A stretch of 64,000 nt of DNA, taken from NCBI GenBank assembly GCA_030141605.1, contig JAQGDQ010000720.1, positions 1 to 64,000 of the forward strand, in the 5' to 3' direction. Position 1 is the first letter of the stretch. Each line of letters opens with the position of its first letter. Origin of the DNA: Tubiluchus corallicola (taxonomy: Eukaryota > Animalia > Priapulida). This document shows positions 44,625 through 57,859 of the stretch, in pieces. The position numbers and the translations under genes were made by a program. The notes beneath the pieces were generated by a model. That model saw only the letters and a list, made by a program, of their open reading frames with translations. It made no database searches and had not been told where the DNA came from.

Positions 44625-44995
44625 TTCGCCCCACTAGTTCTTCGTTGTTAGATGCATTTGCGCGATTTGCTAGTTAGATGGGCACTAGCACCTGCATTTC
44701 GGAAATGCATTGCACAAAAAATGGGCGCTGTACTTCTCAGTTCTGATGTGTTAGTTTGTGACGAACTGCACACGTTCGACGGCTCATGCGTGAGCGCATC
44801 GGTAAACTTGAAATTTGATTTTTTTATCTTAAAACTCGCCTAGTTTTAGTACAACACACTGAATATATTACAGTAGCACTGTACTTCAATTTTCGCTTCC
44901 CAAACACGTGCAACACCTTTGTGGAATGTTTTCATGTTGAAAATTACGTTAGTTTGTGATGTCATCAATAGCTGGGCTCGCCCGCCGTTAATTAA
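44625..44995 (+). mobile_element. family K1 partial copy
   Basis: Shares the K1 core (gcctgcatttcggaaa...ctcagttc...gttttagtacaacacactgaat). Confidence 0.7.
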
Positions 44996-45039
44996 ATGGG
45001 GTAGTAATAAAATTTAAACTTTAAAAAAGGAGGCCCGCG

Positions 45040-45557
<518 letters not shown>

Positions 45558-45981
45558 GTTTGCCAGTATTGACAAGTACTAAGGACTGGTCTGAGAATAA
45601 AGCAGTTTTTCTTTCAATTGTTCTTTCCTTTAACAACTGTATAACTCCATATTTTCTCTTCGAAAATGCTTCTCCGGCGTTCTAGCAGTTCAAAAATTTT
45701 CTGGGCGCCAACTATGGTAGTGAAGGTGCTTTTCACCCCCCCCCCCTCGATGGAGCCTCACACGCCCCACTTCCCTGGGCCTCACATAGGCTGAAATAGG
45801 CCCTGCTCGTAGAGAAGCCTCTTATACGTATGTAAGTACTATGGCTGCACATAGTAATGCTTTGATGCTTACGTATCATACGATACACATAGGTCCATTG
45901 AAACAGAAGAGACAAGCCAACACACACGCTGTAACAGTTGAACGACAAACTGCGAATCCAACTTCAGTTGGAACAACTCAC

Positions 45982-46294
45982 CTATTTGAGGAACGTCTAA
46001 CTTTCGCTGATATTGCGTACTTCTTTTTGTAAGAACGGTGTACGGTAAACTAGGAAGATGGGGTCTACTTCTCGTTGTCGTTGTCGTCATTGTTGTTCTT
46101 GTGGTGAACTGCTGCGCCATCGCTAGTCGACTCTCCACCGAAGTGTTCTTCTCTTTCACAGAGTTCTGACTTCTCCTGTGTATTTGTCGATCCGTCAGTT
46201 TTTTGTCCACTCTAGCGAATACCGGGACACTGTACACCAAATCCAAATGTATTAGTGCAAGGAACACGCATATCAAGATATGTATTATATTCAT
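45982..46294 (-). CDS. jeb: jelly belly (jeb)-like secreted protein, first coding exon (signal peptide, Thr-rich region, ...QRKLDVPQI)
   Basis: ATG at 46294 opens MNIIHILICVFLALIHLDLVYS (hydrophobic signal peptide). The exon ends ATA G|gtgagt (phase 1). DVPQI joins ECPP of the next exon, rebuilding the Jeb DVPQIECP motif. Confidence 0.8.
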
Positions 46295-46989
46295 TGTTTG
46301 TCCCACAGATGGCGCCACCGTTTTCAATGAACAATGTGCCACAGGTGTAAAATTTAACGCTACCTTTTACGTTTTTCTTCAATAATAAAGGCTGGCATGA
46401 ATCTCATTCCATTCTGTCTGTTTTTTAAACGGCTACTCTTCCTTTATCGTGAAAATAGCAGTATTTTTTTAAGTTTTACGACGCATCTGAATAGTGTAAC
46501 GATGCACATGGTAGTATGACAGACACACGGTGCTAGTGTCGAGCGCAGCGTGCTTGCGGCCTCCCACGCATACGCGGTGAAATTCTGCATCCAATGGATG
46601 GCTTCATTTCCCCTCTCCTGCGCAATGCTGCTGTCGTGCAATAGTTCTATTGTGGTATCGTCTATCGTCTTTCGCCCGTATATAAACAGTCTGTTGGCGA
46701 TGAAATTTTACAACTCTCGCCGTGTTTTCTATATTCTGTTTTGTTTTTTATTTATGATTATGTGAATTTACATTAGAATTGGTAATTATTATTTATTATA
46801 ATTGTACTCGCTGTTTTTCATTCTGTATAATGTGTGTAAACTTTTGTTGCTAAGTATTAAAATATGTTCGTTATCTTTTATTATGTATGTATGTATTGTT
46901 GGACTATAATTTGTAACTATGTCTATTGTATATGATCGTTGTCGTTCAATGTGTCCCATGCATTGGATTCTAAATCATACATATGTGTG

Positions 46990-47021
<32 letters not shown>

Positions 47022-47347
47022 TGCGTGCGTGTGTGTGTGTGAATAGGTTTAATACGTTGTAAATGCTTTTAGAAATTTTAAACATATCCCTACACATAGA
47101 GGGAATGTATTTCGTACATAGTTTTTAAAAATAAAGAATTATAATAATAATAATAATAATAATAATGTATTGTGGCGGTAGAACTTTGAGAGGTTTCATT
47201 GTACGTACTAGAGGTACTATATTAATGAGCGGAGGGGGACTAGGTTGTTTAAGAAGCAGGTATAAGATAAATTGTCATTTATGTGACGTGAATAGAAAGT
47301 CTCCCAAACTTCCAAGTCACCTTTCTTCTTAATTTAACGCTTACCAT

Positions 47348-47725
47348 AATAAGCCTTTTCATGGTTCCAGCGAGTGATGATGATCGTGAAAAGGTTAGAG
47401 GTTAAGTCTACCAGACAACGCATTATGTACACTTGGCAATGCCTCGCCCAGCCCATGCTCTTTTAATAGTAACAGTTTTAAGTTCTAACTAGAACCTTAC
47501 CTAGTTCATTTTTTCTTGATCTCAAGTAAGATCCTGTTAGTAAATCACTCTACGCACAGACTAATGCATAGTTAAGTAAAATCCGCGTAAAACAACTGAA
47601 GTCATTGAACTGATACAGCAGACCGCTTTGCTTTACCCACATGGGGGTTGTAGTTGCTGTGGTACACTTAACCTTTGACCTCTAACAACTGCGCGTGCGC
47701 ACAACGAAACTATGAAAAGGCTTAT
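47348..47725. mobile_element. PIF/Harbinger-like MITE; further copies at ~12518-12905 and ~28118-28492
   Basis: TIR aataagccttttcat / atgaaaaggcttatt; shared core ctagaaccttacctagttcatttttt in three copies. Confidence 0.7.
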
Positions 47726-50700
47726 TCACCGCAGCTCAGCTCAGTTTAACTTAACCAAAATTATGTCTGTTCATCGCAACAAGATAGAATTAACTTTGGG
47801 GAGACAAGTAGAAATTTACAGATGCGAAGTAGAGCGTACGCCAAGAAAAACTTGAGAAATCTTTAGCTATTCAGAGAAACTAACCTCAACAGCTTTCATG
47901 CTAATAGAGCAAACATTTTACATCCACCTAGAAATATCACTAAACGACATTATAGTTGAATCTGCCTTGATTGCCTAACTTGGCTTTAAATGAACATCCA
48001 AAATGTTATTGAATTGAAAGCATTGTTGAAAATAAGTTATTTTATAATTAGAACAAAGACTGCAAGCTTGACAAAATTTTACTTATTAATTTCTACGATA
48101 TCAGCAGTGCATTATCTTTTGGTGCTGAGGATATCTTGGTTTCACAGCTACCAATAATTATTTAGCACATTGAATTACTTAACCATCTGCTATAGTATAA
48201 TTATTTAATTAAATAAATAAATGGTAAATGGAATCAATGCTCCACGTAGCATTTAAATAAATTGCTTCTTTAATCAATCATTACTGATGTTATACATTTT
48301 TGTTTTTTTCCTCTGGTCATATTTTCATAGTAATTTTTATGACAATATTTTTATACTCGTAATTTTGTAATAATTGTTTTGCTTTTTTCGAATTTTAAAA
48401 CTTAAATCCTTCCTTATCCTCCCTACGACGACAGCTAGTGCGCGATTAAAACGCTGCATTTTTCTAATAAAAATTTATAAAGAATTTATTATATAGTGGG
48501 TTGTTTATGAAATGAATGTTGTTCTTGTTATATAGAATTTAAAAAAACTTTACTACTTACTCAGACTTTTAAAGGGCAAGAAAAGGGATACCTGTAGTAG
48601 GTTTTAGAAAAATCGCCTCATACTTTATAACAATTTTAACGGTATAACGTACTCGCATTAAAAGGGGTTTTTATTTGTTTTCATTTTAAATCTCTTCTGA
48701 CGACGCCATTACATGACGTCATATACGCACAATATAAATAAGGGGAAGAAAAGGAAGTGTTAAACTGAGTCCCAAAAAACTGTCTATACAAAGTTATATT
48801 AGTTAGCATTTCGCTTACCTGCTTAAAAGACTTATGTAATTAGAAAAAAGTATTTAAAACGTTTTCATCAAATGGTAAAATGTTATTGCCTCGCCTTCAG
48901 GATTTACCAATCACCTAACCAAAAAAACGTATTTTTAATCTTATTGAGAAAATACCATGATTTTAAATTTTACTTAGCTAGTGACATATGTGCTACGAAT
49001 GTTCTGGATTATTTTTTACCCAGTGTTAGCCAAACTTGTTGTCAAATGACCTGTTGTCAAAATGGCTACATCTAACGGTCATTGCGTGAGTTTAAATTTA
49101 CAGCGTTACTGCCGACGCAAGCCCTGTATGCGAAAATTTCCCTGTAGGTGGTATAAAATTTCAAGACGAATTTTTAAGTTTTATGTAAGTTGAAGGTTTT
49201 CTTGTGGTTTAAGTATTTTCACATCAACTGAAGTAATTCATTCACTCAGTAAGTCACTTGAATATACAATGTAATGATGATGATGATGATGGCAAGTTTT
49301 TATTGAAAATAAATAAATATTTACAGACGTGTCTCTATTTGCAGGCGTATAGTTTAACTTGATTAATTACTGCTAGATTAATTACTCAATTAAATAACAT
49401 GATTACATTTTAGCAACATTCTATCAGCTTTATCAGTTGTTTAACAAAATAAATAAAGAAATAACATTGCGTATCATTCACCTTTTCGACCCATCAAACT
49501 ATATTTAATTTTAAACATCTTCATGATGTACATGACGTTCGGATTATATTCATATTACAATGCTAAAAATTATCTATTCACATTTCAGCACATTTGCATT
49601 TTAAATAAACTTTTCCAATTTCACCAAAACACATAAACACAATTTTATAAAATTTTATATACATAATGTACTTCAGTTGTTTATATACAGCAATTATATT
49701 TAAAAACCTTAGTAAAATTACAATTGTTACATTAGTTAATATACATAAAGTTATTTACTGCACGTATGCATAATAAATCTACCTCGTTTTGCGTCAGTAA
49801 AAGCTTTAATTATGTTTCCGTCATTTTTTACTATTTGTCAGGCTTCTTCCTCCTAGTTGCTCCATTAATCGTAACTGCAGCTATTACTATTTACAAAAGG
49901 ACGTCTATGCAAAGGTGGTCTGGGGTTTGAACTTAAGTTCCACATTTTACTAACTCGTTTGAAAGCAAACCTAAATTACATAATCTGTTTTTCCACATTA
50001 TAAGCGCAATACTACAAGTGCAATGCATTTCCCATCTACTTAGTCTTTCAGGATAAATTCCATTTGCCCACTGGCAGAACTTCAGTTTATTTGGTAATGT
50101 ATTTATTTTCAATCCCCCATTTTTACATCACAAACTCAATACAGACTGTCATTCTTAAATTATTGTACGAAATGTCTCCTTCCGTATATGAAATAACTTA
50201 AGCCTAACTCTCATTGTATTTCGCTGCAGGCTAAACATGCTGATGATTTCCAAACTTCCATTTGTAATTATAAATTAATTCGTCCTACCAATCTGCAATT
50301 ATTCTCAAATGGCAAACGTCGCTGTTTTCAACTTTATTTTGTGTTAAGCTATGCGAGTGCGTGTCTAATCATCCAGCATCCAAACTTGTCAGTATTAACT
50401 GTATGGAAACTTGCAGGTTTTGTGTGCAACCACTCCCAATTACTCCAGATGTGTCCAGTCAGACTTAATTATGTTCAAACGTTCAATGTCAAATCATTCT
50501 TATGTCCAAGCAGCCTTGAGCAATGCCGTTCCACGTCGGTCGTCAAGCTCGTCATACGTCAAAATTGGTATATTGAAATATCAGCCAATTTATATCAACT
50601 CGAAAACAATCACCGAGGTTGCTAAAATTGCGTAGAATCACTTTTATTAACTAAAATTTCAAAGATATACGCTCCTGCTATTTTGCATTACGCGCAAAGC

Positions 50701-50775
50701 CCAAATTTCTGTGGATTTGCGTCATTTTGTAAAATGTAAATTTCTTTGTTTATTTCAGATTTATTTTTTCTTTAG

Positions 50776-50822
50776 GTGATTGGTTTTCGGAATCTAAGTA
50801 TTCTCCAAGTGACAAACTTCCT
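50776..50822 (+). other. candidate non-coding 5' UTR exon upstream of HAUS5
   Basis: Polypyrimidine tract + tttag| acceptor and |gtaagc donor ~950 bp upstream of the HAUS5 acceptor. No transcript evidence available. Confidence 0.4.
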
Positions 50823-51825
50823 GTAAGCTAATTACTATGTTGCTATAATTATAGTTAGCCTATTGAATTTCACTCATGTAACTGATACTGATAGTTGAAT
50901 ATAATTTATTAATTATAATTCGCATTGATTAGCAGTCCATGAAGTTGAAGATGAAAACATATCACACAGTGGAAGTAGGTTAATTACCGTACTCAGTAGC
51001 ATAACTTTTATTGTAGGATAGAAACTCAAGCTGAAACACACAATCAGTTATCGATTCAATTCAATTTATTTATTAACTCCGCAGCAATTATAAAAATAGT
51101 GTAATCGTACATGCAATATGTATCACATTATGCTTTAATGAAATTTACTCATATCTGACTGGTATCTCGATAACCTGAATCATTGATATTTAACACATGC
51201 TTGACATTCCGTTGATAAAAACAGTGTGAAATAACTCAAGCTCAACATGAGCATAGCACTAGCAGGCTTGACCTTGACACCGGCAGACCTTCTGCTAGCA
51301 GCCATAGCGAAGCGGTTGCAAGCACAGTGTGTTTATTGTTCATAACAATCTATAGTAGGCTAATTATATTTGATTATAATATAAGTTTCTTAAATGGCTT
51401 GCAGCAAATGCGGACTAGAAAACGCACCAGCATATTTTGAATCAAAAGTATTGAAATGTTTTGCTTTTGTGGTGGCTTACATGCAAACAATACAAGAATA
51501 TAAACAGAAATCAAACAGCTTCTGAATTATTTTAGCATTTAGTGATATTAAATTTGTTTGATAAATCTAATATAAGTTATATATGTAATATATCAACAGC
51601 TTAATCTAGTTTTTTTATTAAATCATGCAAACATTATCTCAGTGTGTATCGTGAGGTTAGTATCGTGACATGTATCGTATCGTGACATATCGTATATGGA
51701 CCCTGCTACCAGCACTACATGTTCTCTGTGAAAATTTTGAAATGTATAGCTAAATGACTTCATTGTTTTAACAGGCTTTTTCTACAAAGGTTTTGCAAGT
51801 TTGAATACGTGTGCTGAACGGTGAC

Positions 51826-53703
51826 ATGCATCCAGCAAGTCAAGCATCAGAACTGTTGTCATGGCTGCAAGAAGAGATGAACTATTCTCCGTCCTCCCCG
51901 CATCCGACCGAAGAGCAGTTGCGCACCTTGTGCAAAGGTCAAACGCAAAATCTCTGGAAGTTTGTAGTGAACAGAGTTCGCCATAAGGAAAAAGTAAAAA
52001 ATGCAAGAGCCAACATTCGCCTGTATAACAACCTGTCTCGCGTTGCCGCGGCAGATTACGCACCCGCTGAACAAGCGAAGTTGGTTGAAATGAGGAAAAC
52101 ATGTGCCACCGATGTAGCAGCACTGAAACTAGCTGGCAGTCTCGCTGAGGAAAGGTTGGCTGCCGTGGAAAAAAGGATTTCAGATCTTCAAACCCAATGT
52201 GAAAATGCCACTTCGGACTTGGATTCTATACGTGCCAACACGACAATGCTAGCAGTTTATAATTCCATGTGGACAAAGGAGGTAGAAAAAATAAAAAAAC
52301 TCTGTGACCAATTTTGTGGGTTACTAAACAAGAAAGAGCTGCCACCCGAAACATCTGGTGCAAGCGAAATTGTAAATGACTGTAGCAAACACATTGTCAA
52401 AGATTTGACACTAAACTTGTTTGAAAAACCTAGTAATGGTGACTGGACAGTAACCGGAAATGAAGTAAGAAGTGCTATCAGTGAGTTAAATTGCTATCAG
52501 ACTGAAGATATTGTCAAAGTTATTATCAAAACTACAAAGGATGGTATATGTCACCTTCAGCAGACTACAGATGAAATCGACGTTGCAAAAGATATGGAAT
52601 TACTGAAAATGCGCGATAAAAACTTGGAAAAAACTGTGGACAGTCATCTGCAGCAGGAGTACGTGGATCACATACGCAGGGCTGTTAAGACAAAAATGAT
52701 AATTTCTGAGTGTCATGCATCTGAGAAGGAACTGGAAAGGTGCAAAGTAAACATCATGGCAGCTGCCATTCACAGCAGTAAATCTAACATGAAATGTGTA
52801 GCCGTTGTGCAGAAACTAGCAGAGACTAAAATTGAAAACGCCGGCTTGACAAAGATGTTGCAGGTAGCCGAAGAAGCTGTTGCTTCATTACAGAAAGCAA
52901 CCGCCGACGTTGAAAGGCAGTCGACCGATCTACAGTTGATGATTAAGCGAATTGATGATTTTTCTGCTCGAGCTGAAAGAAAGCGAAACATTATTAATTC
53001 GTTGTTAAAGGAGAATTCGGCTGGACCTGGAAAAGTGAAAGAGAAGAGTTCAGCTTTTCATAACTATATGCAATTATCCACGCTACCGATGGCATCTCTG
53101 GTACTTGAGAACGTGCCAAAGCTTACGGGCAGCATGGATACTGAGGTAAAGCAGTTCAAAAACCTTTGTGCCACATTACCAAATAAATCACTTATGATGG
53201 CTGAGGATGGACATTTGAACAACGTCTCTGTTTGTGAAACTTTTAATGATAATAACAAACAGAATGTTAGAGCGAACACCCTGTCAGCAGCATTGCATTC
53301 CCTGAAATTTCCTTCGTACAGGTCCTTAGATACTATTTTTTGTTTCTGTCAGGAGCTGAAGGAGGCATCAGAGGAAGAAAAATCACTAGCAAAACGCCAT
53401 CAGGCGCAATTAGAGAAAATAGCGTCGATGCCTTTCACTAGAGAATACGTTGTGACATTGGTGAAGAAAACTGCTGCTAGCGATGCTGTTAGCATGGAAA
53501 ATACCCTGCCAATCGTACATGAACAAATCTGTCAGATGTCTCAAGCTACCAGCGACTGCCTAAAGCTCAAGTCTGTCATCAACGATTGGAAGGAACAGCC
53601 AGCTCAGTTTCTAGTGCCATGGGTGACAGTTGACGGGAAGAACTTACAGCAGTGGAAAAACTTGTGGCTCCTCAGTAAAGTTAAACAGATTAAAGACATT
53701 TAA
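51826..53703 (+). CDS. HAUS5: HAUS augmin-like complex subunit 5, single coding exon (625 aa)
   Basis: Long non-repetitive coiled-coil ORF. N-terminal ELLSWLQEEMNY...LRTLCKG...LWKFVVNRVRH and C-terminal WKEQPAQFLVPWVTVDGKNLQQW match HAUS5 signatures. First ATG at 51826, preceded by acceptor ttgttttaacag| (51774). AATAAA near 54607. Confidence 0.88.
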   Translation: MHPASQASELLSWLQEEMNYSPSSPHPTEEQLRTLCKGQTQNLWKFVVNRVRHKEKVKNARANIRLYNNLSRVAAADYAPAEQAKLVEMRKTCATDVAALKLAGSLAEERLAAVEKRISDLQTQCENATSDLDSIRANTTMLAVYNSMWTKEVEKIKKLCDQFCGLLNKKELPPETSGASEIVNDCSKHIVKDLTLNLFEKPSNGDWTVTGNEVRSAISELNCYQTEDIVKVIIKTTKDGICHLQQTTDEIDVAKDMELLKMRDKNLEKTVDSHLQQEYVDHIRRAVKTKMIISECHASEKELERCKVNIMAAAIHSSKSNMKCVAVVQKLAETKIENAGLTKMLQVAEEAVASLQKATADVERQSTDLQLMIKRIDDFSARAERKRNIINSLLKENSAGPGKVKEKSSAFHNYMQLSTLPMASLVLENVPKLTGSMDTEVKQFKNLCATLPNKSLMMAEDGHLNNVSVCETFNDNNKQNVRANTLSAALHSLKFPSYRSLDTIFCFCQELKEASEEEKSLAKRHQAQLEKIASMPFTREYVVTLVKKTAASDAVSMENTLPIVHEQICQMSQATSDCLKLKSVINDWKEQPAQFLVPWVTVDGKNLQQWKNLWLLSKVKQIKDI

Positions 53704-53965
53704 AAATTAAATTATTCGGCTTAGTCTAACTGTACATGGTGTCAGTGCATTAAGAATGATCAGATTGGTGGAGAAAAGAAATCGTTAAGCTTGGTCGATT
53801 AGTGATTGTCACTGAATAACGAAAATCAGTCTTTAATGTTGAGTTTGCGTTTGTTGCTTGGAGATTGTGAAGCTCTTGTTTAGACGTTAGAAATGTAGAA
53901 ATGTAAACGTTTAACTTGTAGAAGTTTCTTTATTAGATACGAGTAAAAACCAGTTAACTATATTA

Positions 53966-54414
53966 CAGTGTTCCCTCGCTACTTCGCAGTTTGTTTATCG
54001 TGGACTCACTGTTTCGCGGGTTTTCAAAGAATATTATAAATCATAAAAAATTACCATTTACAGTAAATACTATATTTATTCGGCGGATGAATACACACCA
54101 AAAACAAAATGTAATACTTGCGCCCGTTTGAGATGCTACGTACCGACGTGAGATTGTACACAACACACGATTGGTTGATTGATGGAAGCGACCAACCAGA
54201 GAATGCTGCTCTGAATCCCAGTCGCTGATTGGCTCAAGTACCGTGCAATTTGTTTTCTTGTACGCTATTTGTGAAATTTTTGTTAGAGACTGAATTTATT
54301 CAAACCCTACGATGCCACCCAAACGAGTAAGTGTTAAATAAGTATAGCATCCCTACTTCACTTATCGCGGGTGGGCTTTTAAACAGAACACCCGTGATAA
54401 GTGAGGGAACACTG
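53966..54414. mobile_element. Tigger/pogo-like MITE downstream of the HAUS5 stop
   Basis: TA|cagtgttccctc...gagggaacactg|TA TIRs with TA TSD. Confidence 0.85.
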
Positions 54415-55877
54415 TATATATTTCAGTGTACATGTAAAATGCAGTGATTTTTGTCGTACATAAATGTAAGAGGGCAAGTAACTTGAAATGGCATTAATTG
54501 AGATTCGACTCAGATTAAACTTAAACTTAAATTCAAAGTGAGTTATGTGAAATTCCTAACTAGAACCTGTCTTGAAAACAGTGCTATGCAAGAATGTGTA
54601 AAAGCAAATAAATACAAAGTGATACGTACTATGTACTAGAATGTAATTTGCAGTTGTGGTGCCATAATATTATTTATAGATTTAAATCTCTCTTTTTATG
54701 GGTTTTGTATTGCTTGAAGAGAAACACAAAACAAAAATTCATATTTATCAGCTTTAAATTCTCTTGTGATTATTTCACTAGCCTGATGCTGGCCTTTAGT
54801 GATGTTACTTTAATTTAATTAATGAGAAACTATTCAAACCCAGGTTGCGGCATAGAGATGTGCTCTAATTTGATTTTGATTTATTGATAAGAATTAATAT
54901 TTTATTTTGGAGAAGCTCACACCATCGCATAATTTAGTAAAATACTTTAACTTTCTTGAGTTTTCTTCACAGGTGCCAAGCTGATCGAGTTCAAGATTTA
55001 TTGATATAACACTGAATGTCAAGTGCTCAATATGTCAATGCTATTGCGATAAAAGTAATAAACGAGTTAGCATTCCAATCTAAATTAAATTCGTAATCTT
55101 ACGATTGCGTTATCATCTGTCATTCCAGTTTTTAAAATGTAATTAATAATGAGCTTAACAGTATTTATTCAATAAACTTTAACTGAGGCAAAATTAAAGT
55201 TGCACAGAGAAGGCCAACTGAATTGCTTTATACTGATGTTCATTATTTCGTTGAAATTATACTGCTGCAGCACTCGGACATTTTGAATGAACACATTAAT
55301 AATTATTATGATATGTCATGACAGTTGTGGGTTTGCCAGTAGGCAATAGGCACAGCCGCACTGAGCAATTGCTGTTTGTCTCTTTTATTTGGAAGGGGTC
55401 GTTGAGAATTAGCGCGTCAATACCGGTATTCGTGATTACAGTTGACTTCCCATATTACTTACTCGCGTATATAAAAAAAACTGTACTGTTTAGGAATTTA
55501 CTAGAAATTTCTTTGCTTTTCCTGTCGCTATTAGCTTTGCTTCTGCCAAGAAGGCAGCTTTGAAATAAGTAAGCTAGTTTTGAGAAATATTCTGAGGCTT
55601 AACCATTTTACACTTAATGTTATTAGGTAAGTAACTTATCATCAAAAATCAAGGTTTATATTTATAATACACAAAGATACTACGTGTGACGTTCGCCCTT
55701 GCTGGCCATCCCTGTGACTGCAGTGCCATGTACTGTCTGACTGTACTCGATTTTGAACAAACTGGAATGCGCCACATATAGTTTAATACGTATTTATCTG
55801 ACAAAAATTTTTGCATAATATTTCTCGATGTTAAAATATATTAAATTTCAGCTATCGCCAAGTGCATTCAGGTCGCG

Positions 55878-56000
55878 GCGCTATTACACTTTCCACCACC
55901 TAGCTTTTTCTAGGTTATTACTCGTTTTTAGGCTCGTACGTCATCATTCTATTATTCTTACGTCATCAGTGAATGTTTCCGCTAATCTAATTATAATTTA

Positions 56001-56038
<38 letters not shown>

Positions 56039-56618
56039 TATAATTACCAATAATTACGCTGTATTCACAGTTCTACACCTATACAGGGCGTATCGCCATC
56101 TTGTTTGTGTGTAGTCACGTGACGAATTTCGTACTAGTTTATGCATTATCAGGGCCTAGATTAAAAGCACGTGACACACTTTCATCTTCACCGCATTTAC
56201 GAAATAAAGAAAAAACCTTTACTTTTTTTATAATCTAATAGCAATAACACTACAGTAATAAATAAAATTAATGATAAATAACTGCAGTGGTCTAAAATAA
56301 TTTCCCGCGATACAATACAAACTCCAGTGGCTGCAACCCTAATAATCATAAATTATGCGAAGAAACTAAAAATACATGTTAAGGGTCACATTGTCACTGC
56401 GCATTAGTGGTGTAAACACAGTTATGCACGTGGAGCTTTCTGCGTAATGCCGGCGGTAAGTAATGTATGATTTTAATCTGGAATTACAAAGCGTAAAAAG
56501 CAATAATATTATGGGAATATGGTGTATATTACGCCTGTTGGTCTGCTTTCTGGCCTGCAGGCGTGAAAAGAACCAATAGGCCAGGAAAAGCTAGGCGGTG
56601 CGAAAATGTAATAGCGCC
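55878..56618. mobile_element. MITE-like element with ~40-bp TIRs just upstream of EDRF1 coding exon 1
   Basis: ggcgctattacactttccaccacctagcttttt vs reverse complement of gaaaagctaggcggtgcgaaaatgtaatagcgcc. Confidence 0.6.
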
Positions 56619-56714
56619 TCAGGTCGGTCCTTGGGTATTTTGTGCGACACGTGAATAGTGTGTATACATGTACTTACCTTTTTCTATTATCTCTTAGGGA
56701 GTAGTTAAGAAAAC

Positions 56715-56983
56715 ATGTTGGAAAGTTCACTTCCTAATGTTGAGGAAACCGACGATGATGGTGCTGATTCTTCGGGAAGTAAGCTGAATTCTGACAGTAA
56801 CCATCAGAAAATAAAATCGTCGGCCGTAGTCAAATACAGCAACGTGCAAACTCCGGCTCGTTTCTCGTGGTTGAAACACAAGACGAATCTGAACGACCCA
56901 CCATCCAGCTGGCTGCGGAAACGTGGGACAAAGTTTGGTTTGAAAGGGCCATGGACTTTTAAAAACCATACTTCATTCTCTAG
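56715..56983 (+). CDS. EDRF1: Erythroid differentiation-related factor 1, coding exon 1
   Basis: Acceptor ctcttag| at 56697, ATG at 56715. IKSSAVVKYS...LKHKTNLNDPPSSWLR is the EDRF1 N-terminal motif. Donor ag|gtaag, phase 2. Confidence 0.88.
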
Positions 56984-57304
56984 GTAAGATTGGCCATCGC
57001 ATTTCCAAACATTTTTAAATTGCGTTTGTTTTGTCATCTAGACGTTATTTAAAGTTTTTTAAACTCTTTGAATCCTACCTTACAGAGAAAATTATTTATA
57101 CTTAATTGCACTCCTGTCATCACCACCTCATTTCAGATTTCATTAGTCTCAGCTGTGTTCATTCTATTCTTCCAGGAATACATCAACATTAAACAGATTA
57201 TAACTAATTTGTCCCACCTTTTTGCTTACCCATTTACTCAACAATAAGTTACATGACTATTGTAGATAAAACAACCTAGTTTTACTAAAACTTTTACTTT
57301 ACGG

Positions 57305-57857
57305 TCACGATGTCCCGTGTCAGTAAAATGTTGTTTTTAATACATTTAACTTATCAAATTGGACTCGTTGCTTCCAAAAGCAACACGTTCAGTCAAGAGC
57401 AGGTGACATGAATATGAAAACCATCAAAGCATAAGTACGGCACTTATTGTTGAAAGGTCAGACATGCAAAATACAAAAGCACCACGTGTTTCCGACATTC
57501 CTTTATACAGCACTATGGAAATTTGCTCTCTGAAAGGTCAGTCGATAGGTTATTTTAAAACTCATCATGACAAATGTCATGGAGTCGAATGTAGAGAGCA
57601 GCTGTCAGACAACAGCTTGTATGTGATGTTAATGTCATCGATTAAAAAAAGATGCCGCTTTACATTTCCGAGTTGTTTTCCCAAATTTGGATTATGCTGT
57701 CAACAAATGTGTAAAGATTGTCTATAAAGTTAATAAGCATAAAGTTAAATTCATGCCAAACGTTTCGACAGACTACTGCTGTCATCATCAGTGGTAAATT
57801 TACAGACATGCAACCAGTTTATATAGGCAGAGCCTAATATGTACTAATTAAGTAGTT
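57305..57857 (-). mobile_element. Penelope pLTR-derived composite element, copy B, in EDRF1 intron
   Basis: Reverse complement of 23860-24425 with few differences; retains the full hammerhead motif. Confidence 0.78.
57754..57796 (-). ncRNA. minimal type I hammerhead ribozyme motif
   Basis: Minus strand reads uacca-CUGAUGA-u-GACAG caguagu CUGUC-GAAA-CG-UU-uggca: conserved core, 5-bp stem II, palindromic ACGU stem III, short stem I (cca/ugg). Confidence 0.8.
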
Positions 57858-57859
57858 GT

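Noticed and set aside
49800-50640. Divergent minus-strand gene upstream of HAUS5
   Set aside because: Manual translation gave only short frames with no recognisable domain; a non-coding transcript cannot be excluded.
51811-51825. GTG start of the 630-aa ORF
   Set aside because: Eukaryotic gene; the first in-frame ATG at 51826 sits directly before the conserved HAUS5 N-terminus.
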